Shown: positions 41,365 through 51,400, counted from the first letter of the whole stretch. The stretch is DNA of 59,234 nt, filler included, from 6 parts of 6 records of this genome joined end to end with filler, not necessarily neighbours in it; one strand, 5' to 3'. A program made the numbers and translations. The notes: generated by a model from the sequence alone, not told the origin.

Positions 41365-41598
41365 ATGGACTTTGAACTATCATCGGAACAAAAAGATATT
41401 CGGCAGGCAGCCAGAGAGTTTGCCCTGGGAGAACTTAAGGATATTGCGGGGGAGTGTGATCAGAATGAAACATTCCCATCCGAACTCATCAGAAAAGCCG
41501 GCGAATTGGGATTCCTGGGCGTATTCATTGACGAAGCCTACGGTGGCGCGGGCTTTGGTTTTCTGGAGCATGCCATTATCCTGGAAGAATTCTGGCGG
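41365..41598 (+). CDS. Acyl-CoA dehydrogenase, N-terminal fragment
   Basis: MDFELS.EQ..IR..AREFA, FP......GELG.LG....E.YGG.G. Cut by the contig end. Confidence 0.88.
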
Positions 41599-41698
41599 NN
41601 NNNNNNNNNNNNNNNNNNNNNNNNNNNNNNNNNNNNNNNNNNTTAATTAATTAANNNNNNNNNNNNNNNNNNNNNNNNNNNNNNNNNNNNNNNNNNNN
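41599..41698. other. Artificial contig spacer
   Basis: 44 N + TTAATTAATTAA + 44 N. Confidence 0.97.
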
Positions 41699-41768
41699 AA
41701 TTCTCGCTCTCCTTGACCTTGGAAAAAACCCTTTATTTCCGGCCAGACACTAAATCGGAATAGTTAGA

Positions 41769-41795
41769 AAGACCGTCCTTCGGGGCGGTCTTCTT
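41769..41795 (+). terminator. Intrinsic terminator of a gene cut off at the contig start
   Basis: AAGACCGTCC-TTCG-GGGCGGTCTT-CTT. Confidence 0.7.
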
Positions 41796-41844
41796 GATCC
41801 AACATCAGATAGTTACGGCTATCAAAAATCAACGGAGTTTTCAT

Positions 41845-42000
41845 ATGGCAAAAAGAGGCGGCAAATCCAAGGACAGAATGGCGATGCAAAAACGATTCGA
41901 GCGTTTGGAAAGAGAAAGGGAAAAAGCCCGTAAAAAAGAAGAAAAGCGGCTAAAGAAGGAAGCCGAAAAAACGGACGAGCAGGGTTCGTTTGAGGAATAG
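41845..42000 (+). CDS. Small highly charged helical protein (51 aa)
   Basis: GGAG RBS before the ATG at 41845. Starts MAKRGGKSKDRMAMQKRFERLEREREKARKKEEKRLKKE. Confidence 0.6.
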   Translation: MAKRGGKSKDRMAMQKRFERLEREREKARKKEEKRLKKEAEKTDEQGSFEE

Positions 42001-42253
42001 TATTGGCGGTATTTTAAATGATTTATCCACTTAAGAAACAAGCCCGGTAGATGCAGGCCTAATTATGACTCTTCAAGCCGCGTCTCATCAGCCGAAGTTT
42101 AATCATTTACATCAATAGCGCTGACTTTCAGACTGGTTATACTAAATACACTGATAATACCTTTCCCGGCCCGCCAAAACTCCAAGAGACGGACCGGTTC
42201 AAAATATCTTTTCAACCAATTACACATCCATTCTTTTATCGATTCAGTTTAAA

Positions 42254-42652
42254 TTACAGCAGTATCATGACCGTGGTCTGGCTGGGAACCAACTGGGCCC
42301 CGACAGCGTTGTTGTCGTTATGAGTGGTCATGCTGGTCAGCCGGATGGCGTCCGCGCCGTCTATTTTAACGGCAAAGCTGCCCAGGGTGTATTCGACTTT
42401 TCCCGAGGTCTTGCCCGAAACCACTCCGCCCTTGGCGCCGGCCTGGTCTCCGACGCTGGAAGAATATTTCGACTTCTTATTTATGGCCGGGGCGCCGGAG
42501 ATAAAAACTTTTTCCGACGCATCTTCAACCAGGGGGCAGGCGGCGGTGTTGGGGTAAGGGATCGGGGCCTGGCTGACCGGGGGCGGCACGGGCGTTATGC
42601 ATACATCAGGGGCGCCGACGGCGTTTCCAGCTTGTTTTGTGGCGGCGAACAT
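42254..42652 (-). CDS. DUF4150 PAAR-like T6SS tip protein (TagD-like)
   Basis: MFA.T...G......PDVC.TP.PP....P.PYPN, S.GD.AG..GGV.S, GS..V...G....RLT..T..N. Confidence 0.9.
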   Translation of the reverse strand: MFAATKQAGNAVGAPDVCITPVPPPVSQAPIPYPNTAACPLVEDASEKVFISGAPAINKKSKYSSSVGDQAGAKGGVVSGKTSGKVEYTLGSFAVKIDGADAIRLTSMTTHNDNNAVGAQLVPSQTTVMILL

Positions 42653-42662
42653 TATTTGCTCC

Positions 42663-43307
42663 TTATCCCAACAGAATTTTATCGGCTTCCACTTTTACCT
42701 GTTCTTCGGAATGAATGGAGGCGCTCTCCGACTTAACGCCGAAAAGGCCCTTGATCCATAGTTGCATCCTGCCGATTCTGGCGTCTTCAAATTCGGAAAC
42801 CCGTCGATAATGGCGGGCAACCCTTTCCATGATCCGTTCGACCGTTGTATCCAATCTATCGGCCGCCCATTTTACGGTCTTGATTTTTCCGTAAAGATTA
42901 ACGCCCCGAAACTCAAGGCTCCCGAAACGGGTCACGGCGTTTAAGACCGAGACCTTTAACTCACCGGTGCGTATGGATGCTTTTTCAGTCGCATCCAGGT
43001 TGACGTTTTTGGACTGTAGATTCAGGGACCCGGCCGCCTGAAGCGTCATGTCGCCCTGGTGGGAGATAACCGAGTTTTTGGAAGAAGCCTGCTGAAGCAC
43101 GGTCAGGATAAAGGCTTCGTCATCAGCTCCCCATGCCAGGAGCACGCGGTCTCCCGCGCGGGGTTCAAGCAGGCAGCCGGCTGCTTTATACGCCCGGGTT
43201 TCGTATGCATCGGCCTGGACAAGGTAAATATCGGCTTCAACGCTCAGGACCCGGCCAAAACCGATCCACGCTCCAGGGTCGCTGTTTTTTTCCGCTATGT
43301 TAAGCAT
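42663..43307 (-). CDS. DUF3540 family protein (TagC-like)
   Basis: A..A.GCLLEP..GD.VL, FIL.VL, R.V...E...., C-terminal VK......I.LG. Confidence 0.85.
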   Translation of the reverse strand: MLNIAEKNSDPGAWIGFGRVLSVEADIYLVQADAYETRAYKAAGCLLEPRAGDRVLLAWGADDEAFILTVLQQASSKNSVISHQGDMTLQAAGSLNLQSKNVNLDATEKASIRTGELKVSVLNAVTRFGSLEFRGVNLYGKIKTVKWAADRLDTTVERIMERVARHYRRVSEFEDARIGRMQLWIKGLFGVKSESASIHSEEQVKVEADKILLG

Positions 43308-43320
43308 GTTTCACACTACC

Positions 43321-44409
43321 TCAACTTTGTTGTTTAGGCGCCAAATCAAGGTTGGGCGTCCAGTTTTCAGCCTCGGCCAATAGTGGATCTGTGGGCAAGG
43401 CCTGGTTTTTAGTTGATTTATTCCAATTTGCGTCCTGATCCTTTATCTGGTGCAGGTTTGTTCTGAGCAGCCGACTTTGGCTGAAATCCGCATTGTTCAG
43501 GTCGGCATGGGAAAAGTTTGCGTCGGTCAAATCCGCATTGCTAAAGCTGCAGCCCTGAGCCCGGGCGAGCATGAACCTTCCTTGTTGCAACACGGCGCCT
43601 GAAAAATCCGCATTATCCAGGCAGGAAGAAATGCAGCCGATGCCTTCCAACTCCGCATCCTTGAAAACGGCATCACGGCAATTTGCTTCTTTAAAATCGA
43701 GCGCGTAACCCCGGACTCCGGTAAGGTCCGCGCCGGTTAAGTCGGCCCGTATGAATGAAGACTGGGTTAAATCGGAGCCGCTGAAATTCACGTTGTTAAG
43801 GATGGAATCGTTGAAATGGCACATGATAAATGAGCTGTCGGTTAAAACCAGGCCTGATAAATCAACATTTGTCAGAAATGTTTGATAGAAAACACAGTTT
43901 ATTATGGTTGAACTATTAATTGAGGCTTCGATGAGAACAGCCTTGTTAAAGCTCGCCTCGACAATTTCCGCATTGGAGAAATCAGCCCCGGTCAGGTTGG
44001 CGCCGGAAAAATCAGTTTGGCTGATGTTGGCGCCGACAAACAAGGCCCGGGCTGCATCCGCTTGTTTAAAACCGGCCTTGGTCAATTGAGTTTCCGAAAA
44101 ATCCGTCTCACGGCATATTGTTTCCGAGAAATTGGCTTCATTTAGAACCGCTTGTCGGAAATTGCACTGTATCATAGAGCTTGTGGATAGGTCAGCCCCG
44201 GTTAGATCGGCTTCTATAAAATCCGTGTTGGTTAAAGTGCAGCCTGAAAATTTCGCCTGGGCCAGTTTGGCCCTGTTAAAGGAGCACTGTTCAAAAGCAG
44301 CATTGTCAAGTTCAAGGCCGCCCAGGTCAACTCCTGTAAAATCGGCCTGGCTGACGATTTCACCTTCTGCGATTAACGCGAACAATTCCTGGCGGTTCAT
44401 GGTTTTCAT
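43321..44409 (-). CDS. Pentapeptide repeat protein (TagB-like)
   Basis: Continuous A(D/N)LxX repeats, C-terminal TDP..AEAE.W. Confidence 0.9.
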   Translation of the reverse strand: MKTMNRQELFALIAEGEIVSQADFTGVDLGGLELDNAAFEQCSFNRAKLAQAKFSGCTLTNTDFIEADLTGADLSTSSMIQCNFRQAVLNEANFSETICRETDFSETQLTKAGFKQADAARALFVGANISQTDFSGANLTGADFSNAEIVEASFNKAVLIEASINSSTIINCVFYQTFLTNVDLSGLVLTDSSFIMCHFNDSILNNVNFSGSDLTQSSFIRADLTGADLTGVRGYALDFKEANCRDAVFKDAELEGIGCISSCLDNADFSGAVLQQGRFMLARAQGCSFSNADLTDANFSHADLNNADFSQSRLLRTNLHQIKDQDANWNKSTKNQALPTDPLLAEAENWTPNLDLAPKQQS

Positions 44410-46979
44410 AATCCGCCCTCCCCTAATTTGAGCAAGGTGCGGTTGATGTTGGCTCCGGTCAGGTCAGTATTTCCAATAACGGCTTTAAATAAATCCGTTC
44501 CATAAAGGTTGGCGCCTCTTAAATCCGCGTTTGTCAGTCGGGCTTTTCTCAAGCGGCTGCCCATGAGGTTTATAGCCGGCATTTGGGCGGCCGTAAAATC
44601 GCATTTTGAAAAGTCCGTGTTTCGACCGTCGCAAGCAAAGAGAACAGCGCCCTCGAACTTGGTGCGACTCATCTGAGCCTTGTCGATATCGGCATGAGAC
44701 AGATCCGAGTCGGATAAGTCGACCGCTTCCCAGCAGGCGCCTCGTAGACAGGCATTTGTCAAGTCGCAGGATTTAAAGGAAGCATTGTCTCCGGCACGGC
44801 TGCTGGATAAATCGGCATTTTTGAGAACCGCCTTATCGCATATGGCTCCGTGCAATTGCATGTTTTTCGCCTGGATTTCCGAAAAATCAGCGCCGCCCAA
44901 TTGGGCCTTGTTAAACCTGGCAACGCTTAAATTCGCTTTATGGAAGCAGGTTTTTTCACAGGACGCCTGTTCAAAGGAAGCCCTCTGTGCAACCGTATTG
45001 GAAAGGTCGGCCTTGGTTAAATCAGCCTTGTCGAACAGGGAATCGCTCATGTCAGCCCCGGCCAGACAGGCGCCTGATAAATCGGATTCAGTAAAATCCG
45101 AACCGTTTAATCGCGCGCCGGTCAGGTCGGCTCCGGTTATAACAGCCCTGGAAGCAACGACATTTGTTAAAACCGCTTCAGCTAAATTTGCTTTAGCCAG
45201 ATTAACGTTGGTCAGCACGGCCCCGTCCATCAAGGCCCGGCCAAGATCGGCTTCCATAAAGTTTACGTCTTCCAGGACGGCTTCCCTGAGGTCGATTCCT
45301 GTTAAAATGCAGCCGGACAGGTCTACTCCGGTCAAATCCGCGCGAAAAAAGCTTTCCCCGGCGGCATGTCCGTTAATAATTCTCTCCCTCGTTAAAACTT
45401 CAGGTTCGTCTTCGGGATCAGCCGCTTCCACTTGAGGTTCATCCAGTTCTTCACCTTCTTCCGGCTCTGGTTTTAAGGCGGCCAGGGCCTCGCCGACAGC
45501 CTGGCGTTCTTCATACAGGCTGCGAATGTCTTTTACGAATTCCGGTTCTTTCAAACCAATGGCGGCAAAGAATGCCAAAGCCTGATCCGCATTCTTAAAT
45601 TCAGGCATTTGAGGAACCGGCCTGTCTACGCCGGATTCAGTTAACAGTTTGTTGAGTGATTCCTCCGCTTCAGCAGCCGACTTTTTGGTCTGCTTCAACC
45701 ATTCGGCCGGATCCCGGGGCGGCGCGGCTTCTTTGAGATCGGGAACCGGCATTGATTCAACAGGGTCTACCCCGGCAGCGGCCAGGCTTTGTTTCAGGAA
45801 AGACTCGTTTTCGTCAATACTCGCGCTTAGCTGATCGGCGGCCGCGGCTATTTCCGGGTCAGGCGCCGCAAGAGGCGCTGCGTCCCCGGCCTCTTCTTCC
45901 TCGTCTTCAAGGTCCGGTTCATCTATTGGTTCTGGAATCGGTTCGTCGAGTAAAACGGGAGGTTGCAATTGTTGAACATAGTAGTCGACAGGCTTAGGCT
46001 CCTGGCTAAGCGATTCGGTAAATGCGGCCAGGAATTCGACATCCTCGGCCTCGTCATCGGCTGTTTCGGTCAGGCCGCGCCAGATCAACAACCCCATGTC
46101 AAGATGCGGAAAAAAGTAAACCGTGTCGAGTTTGGTTGGAACTTCGTTAATTTCATCTTGAGGCGAATCCACATTTTGCTGAAACAAGCGGCAGCCTAAA
46201 GACGGCAGCTTGCCATGCATCGAACTTTTTTCGGGATGCATGCCCCGTATCTGGAAAAACTCGTCGCCCTTGAAAAAACAATTGGTGCGTTGCTCTTCCG
46301 GAGCCAGAAGATAGTATTGAAAATCAAAATCGTCGGGAAGGCGGGGCCACTGGTCCACCAGCCATTTCTTATCGAAACTTCCGCGTTTTTTCAATCTAAC
46401 CGGCCAATCTATACCCAGAGGGCCGAAGCCGGCCGGCGCCGGACGGTCATCCTGGGAAACAACCAGATGATTCGGGTTTTCTATGTTGGGCAGTGGAATC
46501 AGTTTATCCCCGTTTGCCGTATAAGCAGGATAGATGCCTTTACCGACCGGGTTTTGATTGTATTCCGGGCCGCCAAAGGCGTTTTCCCAGGTAATGTCCA
46601 TTTCGGTAAACGGCTGGGGCTTTACCGGTGCATATCCCATCAGGCCGGGTTTGGCATAACGGTTTCCAAAAACTTCAACCCGGCGTTCCATTTTCCCCAG
46701 GCTGAAAAATGCGTTGGCGCCAAGGGCCTGGATTTTACCCTGGGGAAAGCATTTACCAACGACCATGACTTCCCCGCAGGGTTTGGGCATTGAAAAATCC
46801 AGAATCTGAAACGGCTTCAAGGCGGAAGACGCACGATCCCACATTTCACTCTCAGGCAAGAGCCGCGAAGGTTCATTAAGGTCGAAACCGGCCAGCACGG
46901 CTGTGGAAAGACGCTCGGCGCCGCGCCATCCAAATACCCGGTAGAGGACGGACAGATAGTCGCTCTTAATGAATTTCAT
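44406..46979 (-). CDS. DUF2169 T6SS adaptor fused to pentapeptide repeats (TagAB-like)
   Basis: D...PK..GE, V.G.R, PF..M.I.WENAFGG....NPVGKG, LPNIE.P, PAGFGP....WP.R, P.LP.DFD..Y...AP..Q, LDTV, WRG, then an acidic linker and pentapeptide repeats. Confidence 0.92.
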   Translation of the reverse strand: MKFIKSDYLSVLYRVFGWRGAERLSTAVLAGFDLNEPSRLLPESEMWDRASSALKPFQILDFSMPKPCGEVMVVGKCFPQGKIQALGANAFFSLGKMERRVEVFGNRYAKPGLMGYAPVKPQPFTEMDITWENAFGGPEYNQNPVGKGIYPAYTANGDKLIPLPNIENPNHLVVSQDDRPAPAGFGPLGIDWPVRLKKRGSFDKKWLVDQWPRLPDDFDFQYYLLAPEEQRTNCFFKGDEFFQIRGMHPEKSSMHGKLPSLGCRLFQQNVDSPQDEINEVPTKLDTVYFFPHLDMGLLIWRGLTETADDEAEDVEFLAAFTESLSQEPKPVDYYVQQLQPPVLLDEPIPEPIDEPDLEDEEEEAGDAAPLAAPDPEIAAAADQLSASIDENESFLKQSLAAAGVDPVESMPVPDLKEAAPPRDPAEWLKQTKKSAAEAEESLNKLLTESGVDRPVPQMPEFKNADQALAFFAAIGLKEPEFVKDIRSLYEERQAVGEALAALKPEPEEGEELDEPQVEAADPEDEPEVLTRERIINGHAAGESFFRADLTGVDLSGCILTGIDLREAVLEDVNFMEADLGRALMDGAVLTNVNLAKANLAEAVLTNVVASRAVITGADLTGARLNGSDFTESDLSGACLAGADMSDSLFDKADLTKADLSNTVAQRASFEQASCEKTCFHKANLSVARFNKAQLGGADFSEIQAKNMQLHGAICDKAVLKNADLSSSRAGDNASFKSCDLTNACLRGACWEAVDLSDSDLSHADIDKAQMSRTKFEGAVLFACDGRNTDFSKCDFTAAQMPAINLMGSRLRKARLTNADLRGANLYGTDLFKAVIGNTDLTGANINRTLLKLGEGGL

Positions 46980-46980
46980 G

Positions 46981-47619
46981 TTAGAGTTCCGTCCGGTTCG
47001 CCGTAGCGTTTTCTATATTGCCCGTGACTTTAAGATCTCCGTTAATGGTGACTTTGCCGCCTTCAATTGAAACAATCGGCAGTCCCGGCCCCAGGGCGAT
47101 GGTCGCCTTGTCCCCGCCCAATGTGATTTTTGTATTTCCACTGGTTATAAACACATAGTTGTCGGTCAACTGCACTTTCTGGTTTCCGCGCTTTACGGTC
47201 AGACTCTTTTTTACCAGATAGAGATGGTTCGAATCGTCCTTGAATTCAATCATCCGACCTGATCTGAGAGTAATTTTTCCCTTATCCTGTGTTTGAAGCA
47301 AAATGTTTTTGCTTCCACCTGTAAAAAATTCAATGCCTTTGGGGGCGCTCAGAAGCTGAGGAACGGTGAACCCGTTCATCATTCGGATATAGTCTTTGGC
47401 CGCCAGCATGGATTTCCCATCGGAAACTTCAAAAAAACTGTCTCCGCTTTTTAAAACCGCGGTTGTGTCGCCGGTAAGAACCACATCCTTTTGAGCATGA
47501 ATGTCGACATCTTCCTTGGCCAGGAGCGTCAGGTCTCCTTCGCCTTCGGAAAACAGCATGCCCTTGGTGGGTTCGAGCTTGACTCCTAACGGTCGAAGGA
47601 GTCCCTTGGTCAGATTGCC
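46981..47619 (-). CDS. C-terminal beta-strand-repeat region of a probable VgrG spike (5'-truncated)
   Basis: Frame is open to the contig edge. Short beta-repeats (I.I.A...I.L.SG.S, I.I.G..V.ING). Its stop is 1 nt before the DUF2169 start, the position of vgrG in such modules. Confidence 0.55.
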   Translation of the reverse strand, partial: GNLTKGLLRPLGVKLEPTKGMLFSEGEGDLTLLAKEDVDIHAQKDVVLTGDTTAVLKSGDSFFEVSDGKSMLAAKDYIRMMNGFTVPQLLSAPKGIEFFTGGSKNILLQTQDKGKITLRSGRMIEFKDDSNHLYLVKKSLTVKRGNQKVQLTDNYVFITSGNTKITLGGDKATIALGPGLPIVSIEGGKVTINGDLKVTGNIENATANRTEL

Positions 47620-47719
47620 NNNNNNNNNNNNNNNNNNNNNNNNNNNNNNNNNNNNNNNNNNNNTTAATTAATTAANNNNNNNNNNNNNNNNNNNNNNNNN
47701 NNNNNNNNNNNNNNNNNNN
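47620..47719. other. Artificial contig spacer
   Basis: 44 N + TTAATTAATTAA + 44 N. Confidence 0.97.
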
Positions 47720-48190
47720 AACTTTATACTCTTCTCCCATATCAGCAAAGAATTTAATTGCATCTTCTCTAGTCATAACCTGTTTTTCTAATCTAATATC
47801 TTCTTTAACTATTTTTTTCATTTCAGCTTCAATTTTAGCTAAATCCTCTTCATGAAATTGTTCTTTTGGATCAAAATCATAATAGAATCCATTCTCAATT
47901 GAAGGCCCTATCGCTACTTTTGTTTCAGGATAAAGTCTAACTACCGCTTGAGCCATAAGGTGAGCAGTACTATGTCTAATGATCTCTACTCCCTCTTCAG
48001 TATCAGGTGTAATTATCTCTAATTCAGCATCTTCTACTAATTCATAACTCATATCAACTAATTGACCATTTACTTTACCGGCAAGTGCTTTCTTTGCCAG
48101 TGAATTACTTATACTTTTAGCAACGTTAAAAAGGTTTAACCCCTTTTCAAACTCTTTTACATCTCCACTTGGAAAAGTAATCTTAATCAT
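47720..48190 (-). CDS. thrS: Threonine--tRNA ligase, N-terminal part (3'-truncated)
   Basis: TGS domain (IKITFP.G), RHSTAHLMAQAV, IGP.IENGFYYDF. ATG at 48190 after AAGGAAGG. Confidence 0.95.
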
Positions 48191-48244
48191 ATCTATCAAC
48201 CTTCCTTAATGTAATTATAATTATTTAATTTTAAATTTTGTGAT

Positions 48245-48282
48245 AAAAATAAAAACCGTTCGAGTTTTATACCCGAACGGTT
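48245..48282 (-). terminator. Attenuator terminator in the thrS leader
   Basis: Minus strand AACCGTTCGGGT-ATAAA-ACTCGAACGGTT followed by TTTATTTTT, lying between the promoter and thrS. Confidence 0.85.
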
Positions 48283-48370
48283 ATCTTAATTGTTTAGAAT
48301 TAACCATACAGATACAAACCCGATTTATTTACATACTAAACTCGGATTTGTACTAAATACTCTACAAACC

Positions 48371-48418
48371 CTAGTTCAATGTGGTATCGGTAACTGTATA
48401 AATTCTCTTTCTAAACAT
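48371..48418 (-). CDS. Thr-rich leader peptide of thrS (MFRKRIYTVTDTTLN)
   Basis: ATG TTT AGA AAG AGA ATT TAT ACA GTT ACC GAT ACC ACA TTG AAC TAG. AAGGA RBS 9 nt upstream. Four Thr codons within six positions. Confidence 0.8.
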   Translation of the reverse strand: MFRKRIYTVTDTTLN

Positions 48419-48464
48419 AACTATCATTCCTTTTTGTTTTCAAAACATTGTATTAATTAAAGAA

Positions 48465-48493
48465 ATTATACTATATACAAGAATTAATGTCAA
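48465..48493 (-). promoter_or_regulatory. Consensus sigma70 promoter for leader-thrS
   Basis: TTGACA (48493-48488), 17-bp spacer, TATAAT (48470-48465). Confidence 0.88.
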
Positions 48494-48497
48494 GTTC

Positions 48498-51400
48498 TTA
48501 CATTCCAGCAGCAAATTCAATCTCTTCCTCGTCACTTTCTTTCTTAAATCCAAATGTTTTTTCAGGGAAAGTAAGTAAGTTAACACTGAATGAAACTACA
48601 TAATCATATCTCGTATATGTTGAGCTCCAATCAACTTCATAACCTAAAGTCCACTCTGCATACTCAAACTCTTTTCCTATATCAAGACTCCAATTATCTA
48701 ACTGTCTTTCTGTTACAGGATTTTCTATATAACTTTCAAATTTAACTGATCCTCCAAGTTTCCAAGCATGATCAAGTTTTCCAAATTTAGTTAAGAAAGT
48801 GAATTCATGAGTTTTACTTTCAACCTCTTTGGTATGCGAACCATCTGTTTCCTCAGTAATATCACTCTCTTCAGTATATTCATAAGTAACTTTTGTTCTT
48901 TCTTTATGGAATTCTGATCTTACTTTTAACTCTTCGTAAGCTTCGCCCATTCCTTCTTCTTCCATATAATCTTTATCTACTTTTGCCGTAGCATATACTC
49001 TATAGTACTCTTTATAAATAGTATCATCTGATATCTCACCAAGTCCCATTAAATTAAAATCATTTCCTAATGTTCTTTGATTCAATTCAGTAAATCTTCT
49101 TTCCAGTTCTGCTTCCTCTTCTTGAGTTAAAACAACTTGAAACTCTCCTGTTGAATCTTCATATACAACTTCTTCCTTTTTTTCCTCTTCAGAAGCCTTG
49201 TTATCGACATATGAATATTCTGCTGTATATTGATAATATGAATATTTTGTATTAATACTATCACTATAGTCAGCATAATCTAAATCAACTTTATGAGCTT
49301 TTACATTTTCTTCTCCAAAAATATAACCCAAGCCGTATGATTTTTTGATATTATCATCCGAATATTCATTTAAAGCTGTTCCACTTGTATTATAATAATC
49401 ATATTGCTGATTTGTTTCAACAGTATAATCCAATGCCCACCATTTTACATTTTTCTCTCCAAAACCATAGGCAAAACTGTCTTTTTTATTCGTATCTTCA
49501 TATCTTAAATATGGGTAAGTTGTTATTCTTTCTGAATAATTTTCAGTACTATCCACTTCACTTTTTCTAACTTTACTTACAGTTCTACTGTTTGAATAAG
49601 TAAACTCTTTGCCAGCATCAGCAAGAGTTAATTTCCAGTTATCTACTCTTTTATTATTATATCCGTCTGATTGAAAATCATTATTTATAGAATATAAAGT
49701 ATAAATTGTTCTTTCATCATCAACTTTGAAATCAATTGAATTTTCAAAATCTTCATCCGTTTTCCAGCTTGTATCATACGCGTCATAGTAATATTTCATA
49801 TCAATATTATATGCCGTTACAGTATTTCCAAGATCTAAAGTTACTGTATCTTCATAAAATCTTTCCTCTTTTTTACTTTCTAATCTATAATATTTTGAAT
49901 CGTTTTTATTCTCTATATATTGGTCATCTGAGTCAGGAAAACTTCTATTATTAGCTAGATAATTATAGAATAATGTTTCATAGCCAAATTCATTTTTCAG
50001 TTTTATATCAGCTTCTCTATAAAAATCCCAAGTATTATCATAAAGCTCTTTGCTAAATACAAATACAAAATTATGCTCTCTTAACTCATCTTCCTCAGCA
50101 AATACGTCTTGTCTTAATTTATATTTTGCATTTAAATCTCCTAACTTATATAAATTAATTTTTGTATCCTGAAGTTCAAGAGTCCTATATTTTGAATCAT
50201 TCTTAAATTCGTCATAGCCAGTTTCTTCATAATCATCTCTGTCCTTATACTCTTCGATATAAGTCCCGAGCCTTAATGCAGCACTTCTTGTTTTATAGCT
50301 TAACTCAATATCATAATATGTATCCTCAGTACTTTTTTCAATGATGTCAACTGTTCTATTATATTCTCTATCACGTTCATAAGCTTCATCTGTTCTAAAA
50401 GGGTCATCATCTCTATTTAATTTTTCATAATATGTTTGCGTATCATACTCTAAAGTAAGTTTATATTCTTCTTTAATTGAATAGTCACCCAGAGTTACTC
50501 TTCTCTCAGTTTCCCTTTTTACATCATATTTTGCTATAGTAAAAGGATTATAAACATCACCTGTTAATTCTTTAAGTTTAACACCGTCAGATTCTCTCTC
50601 AGATGATGAAAGAGTTCTCCATTGATCTTGCTCTTCGTTATTATAATACATGTCCAATTTATATTTTTTTAATTCTACTTGATACTCTCTTTGACTCTTA
50701 AATGATTTTGTATCTTCAGTTGTCGAACCAGGATCGAGATCTTCATATTCATCATAATGTAACATTACTTTATACGCTCTGTTATCTTTTGTCAGTTTAA
50801 TATTTGTCTCTAGTTCATTATCAACTTCTGCATCTTCATAATCATCTAGTACTTCCTCAGAAGTACTATTAATAATTTCTTTTAATACCTCTTCATTGTT
50901 TACATATTGTATCTTACCATAAAGTGCTATATCTTCTTCCGGACCTAATTGCTTTAGATCTGTTTCAAGCTGATATCTCATAAGTTTTTGCTCATAATTC
51001 TCATAAGGATCATCTTCATCTTCGTCTTCAGCTTCGTCTTGATCTTCTTCTACCGAATTAATTGTATTGATTGTTTGATTTTGGTATTCCCAATTTACTT
51101 TTCCTTTTTCACCTTCATATTCATGAGTATGTTCAAACTTCCATTGCTCTTCATAATCACCTGATGGCAAAAGCAGAGTTTCTGATAAACTCAACTTCCC
51201 TGAGTTACTTTCATTTCCTTTTACTTTATAAACATTATCCCACTGTTCTATATAAAATCCTCGTTTACTACTTTTTCTTAACGCAAAACTTCCATTTAAG
51301 TAGTTATTATTTCTTCCATAATCGAATCCCCAAATTATATAACTTCCATACTTCGTATCCGATCCAAACTTAGGAAATAGTGGTGCCTGTGTTTCTGCTT

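Noticed and set aside
41699-41765. Possible ncRNA end before the hairpin at 41769
   Set aside because: No tRNA, tmRNA or RNase P terminal motif. It is more simply the tail of a truncated CDS, too short to call.
43321-45400. Periodic DNA that could suggest a CRISPR or tandem array
   Set aside because: The periodicity comes from degenerate pentapeptide-repeat coding. There are no identical repeats with spacers and no cas genes.
48200-48465. T-box riboswitch upstream of thrS
   Set aside because: There is no GGTGGNACC T-box sequence before the terminator, and the Thr leader ORF explains the region better.
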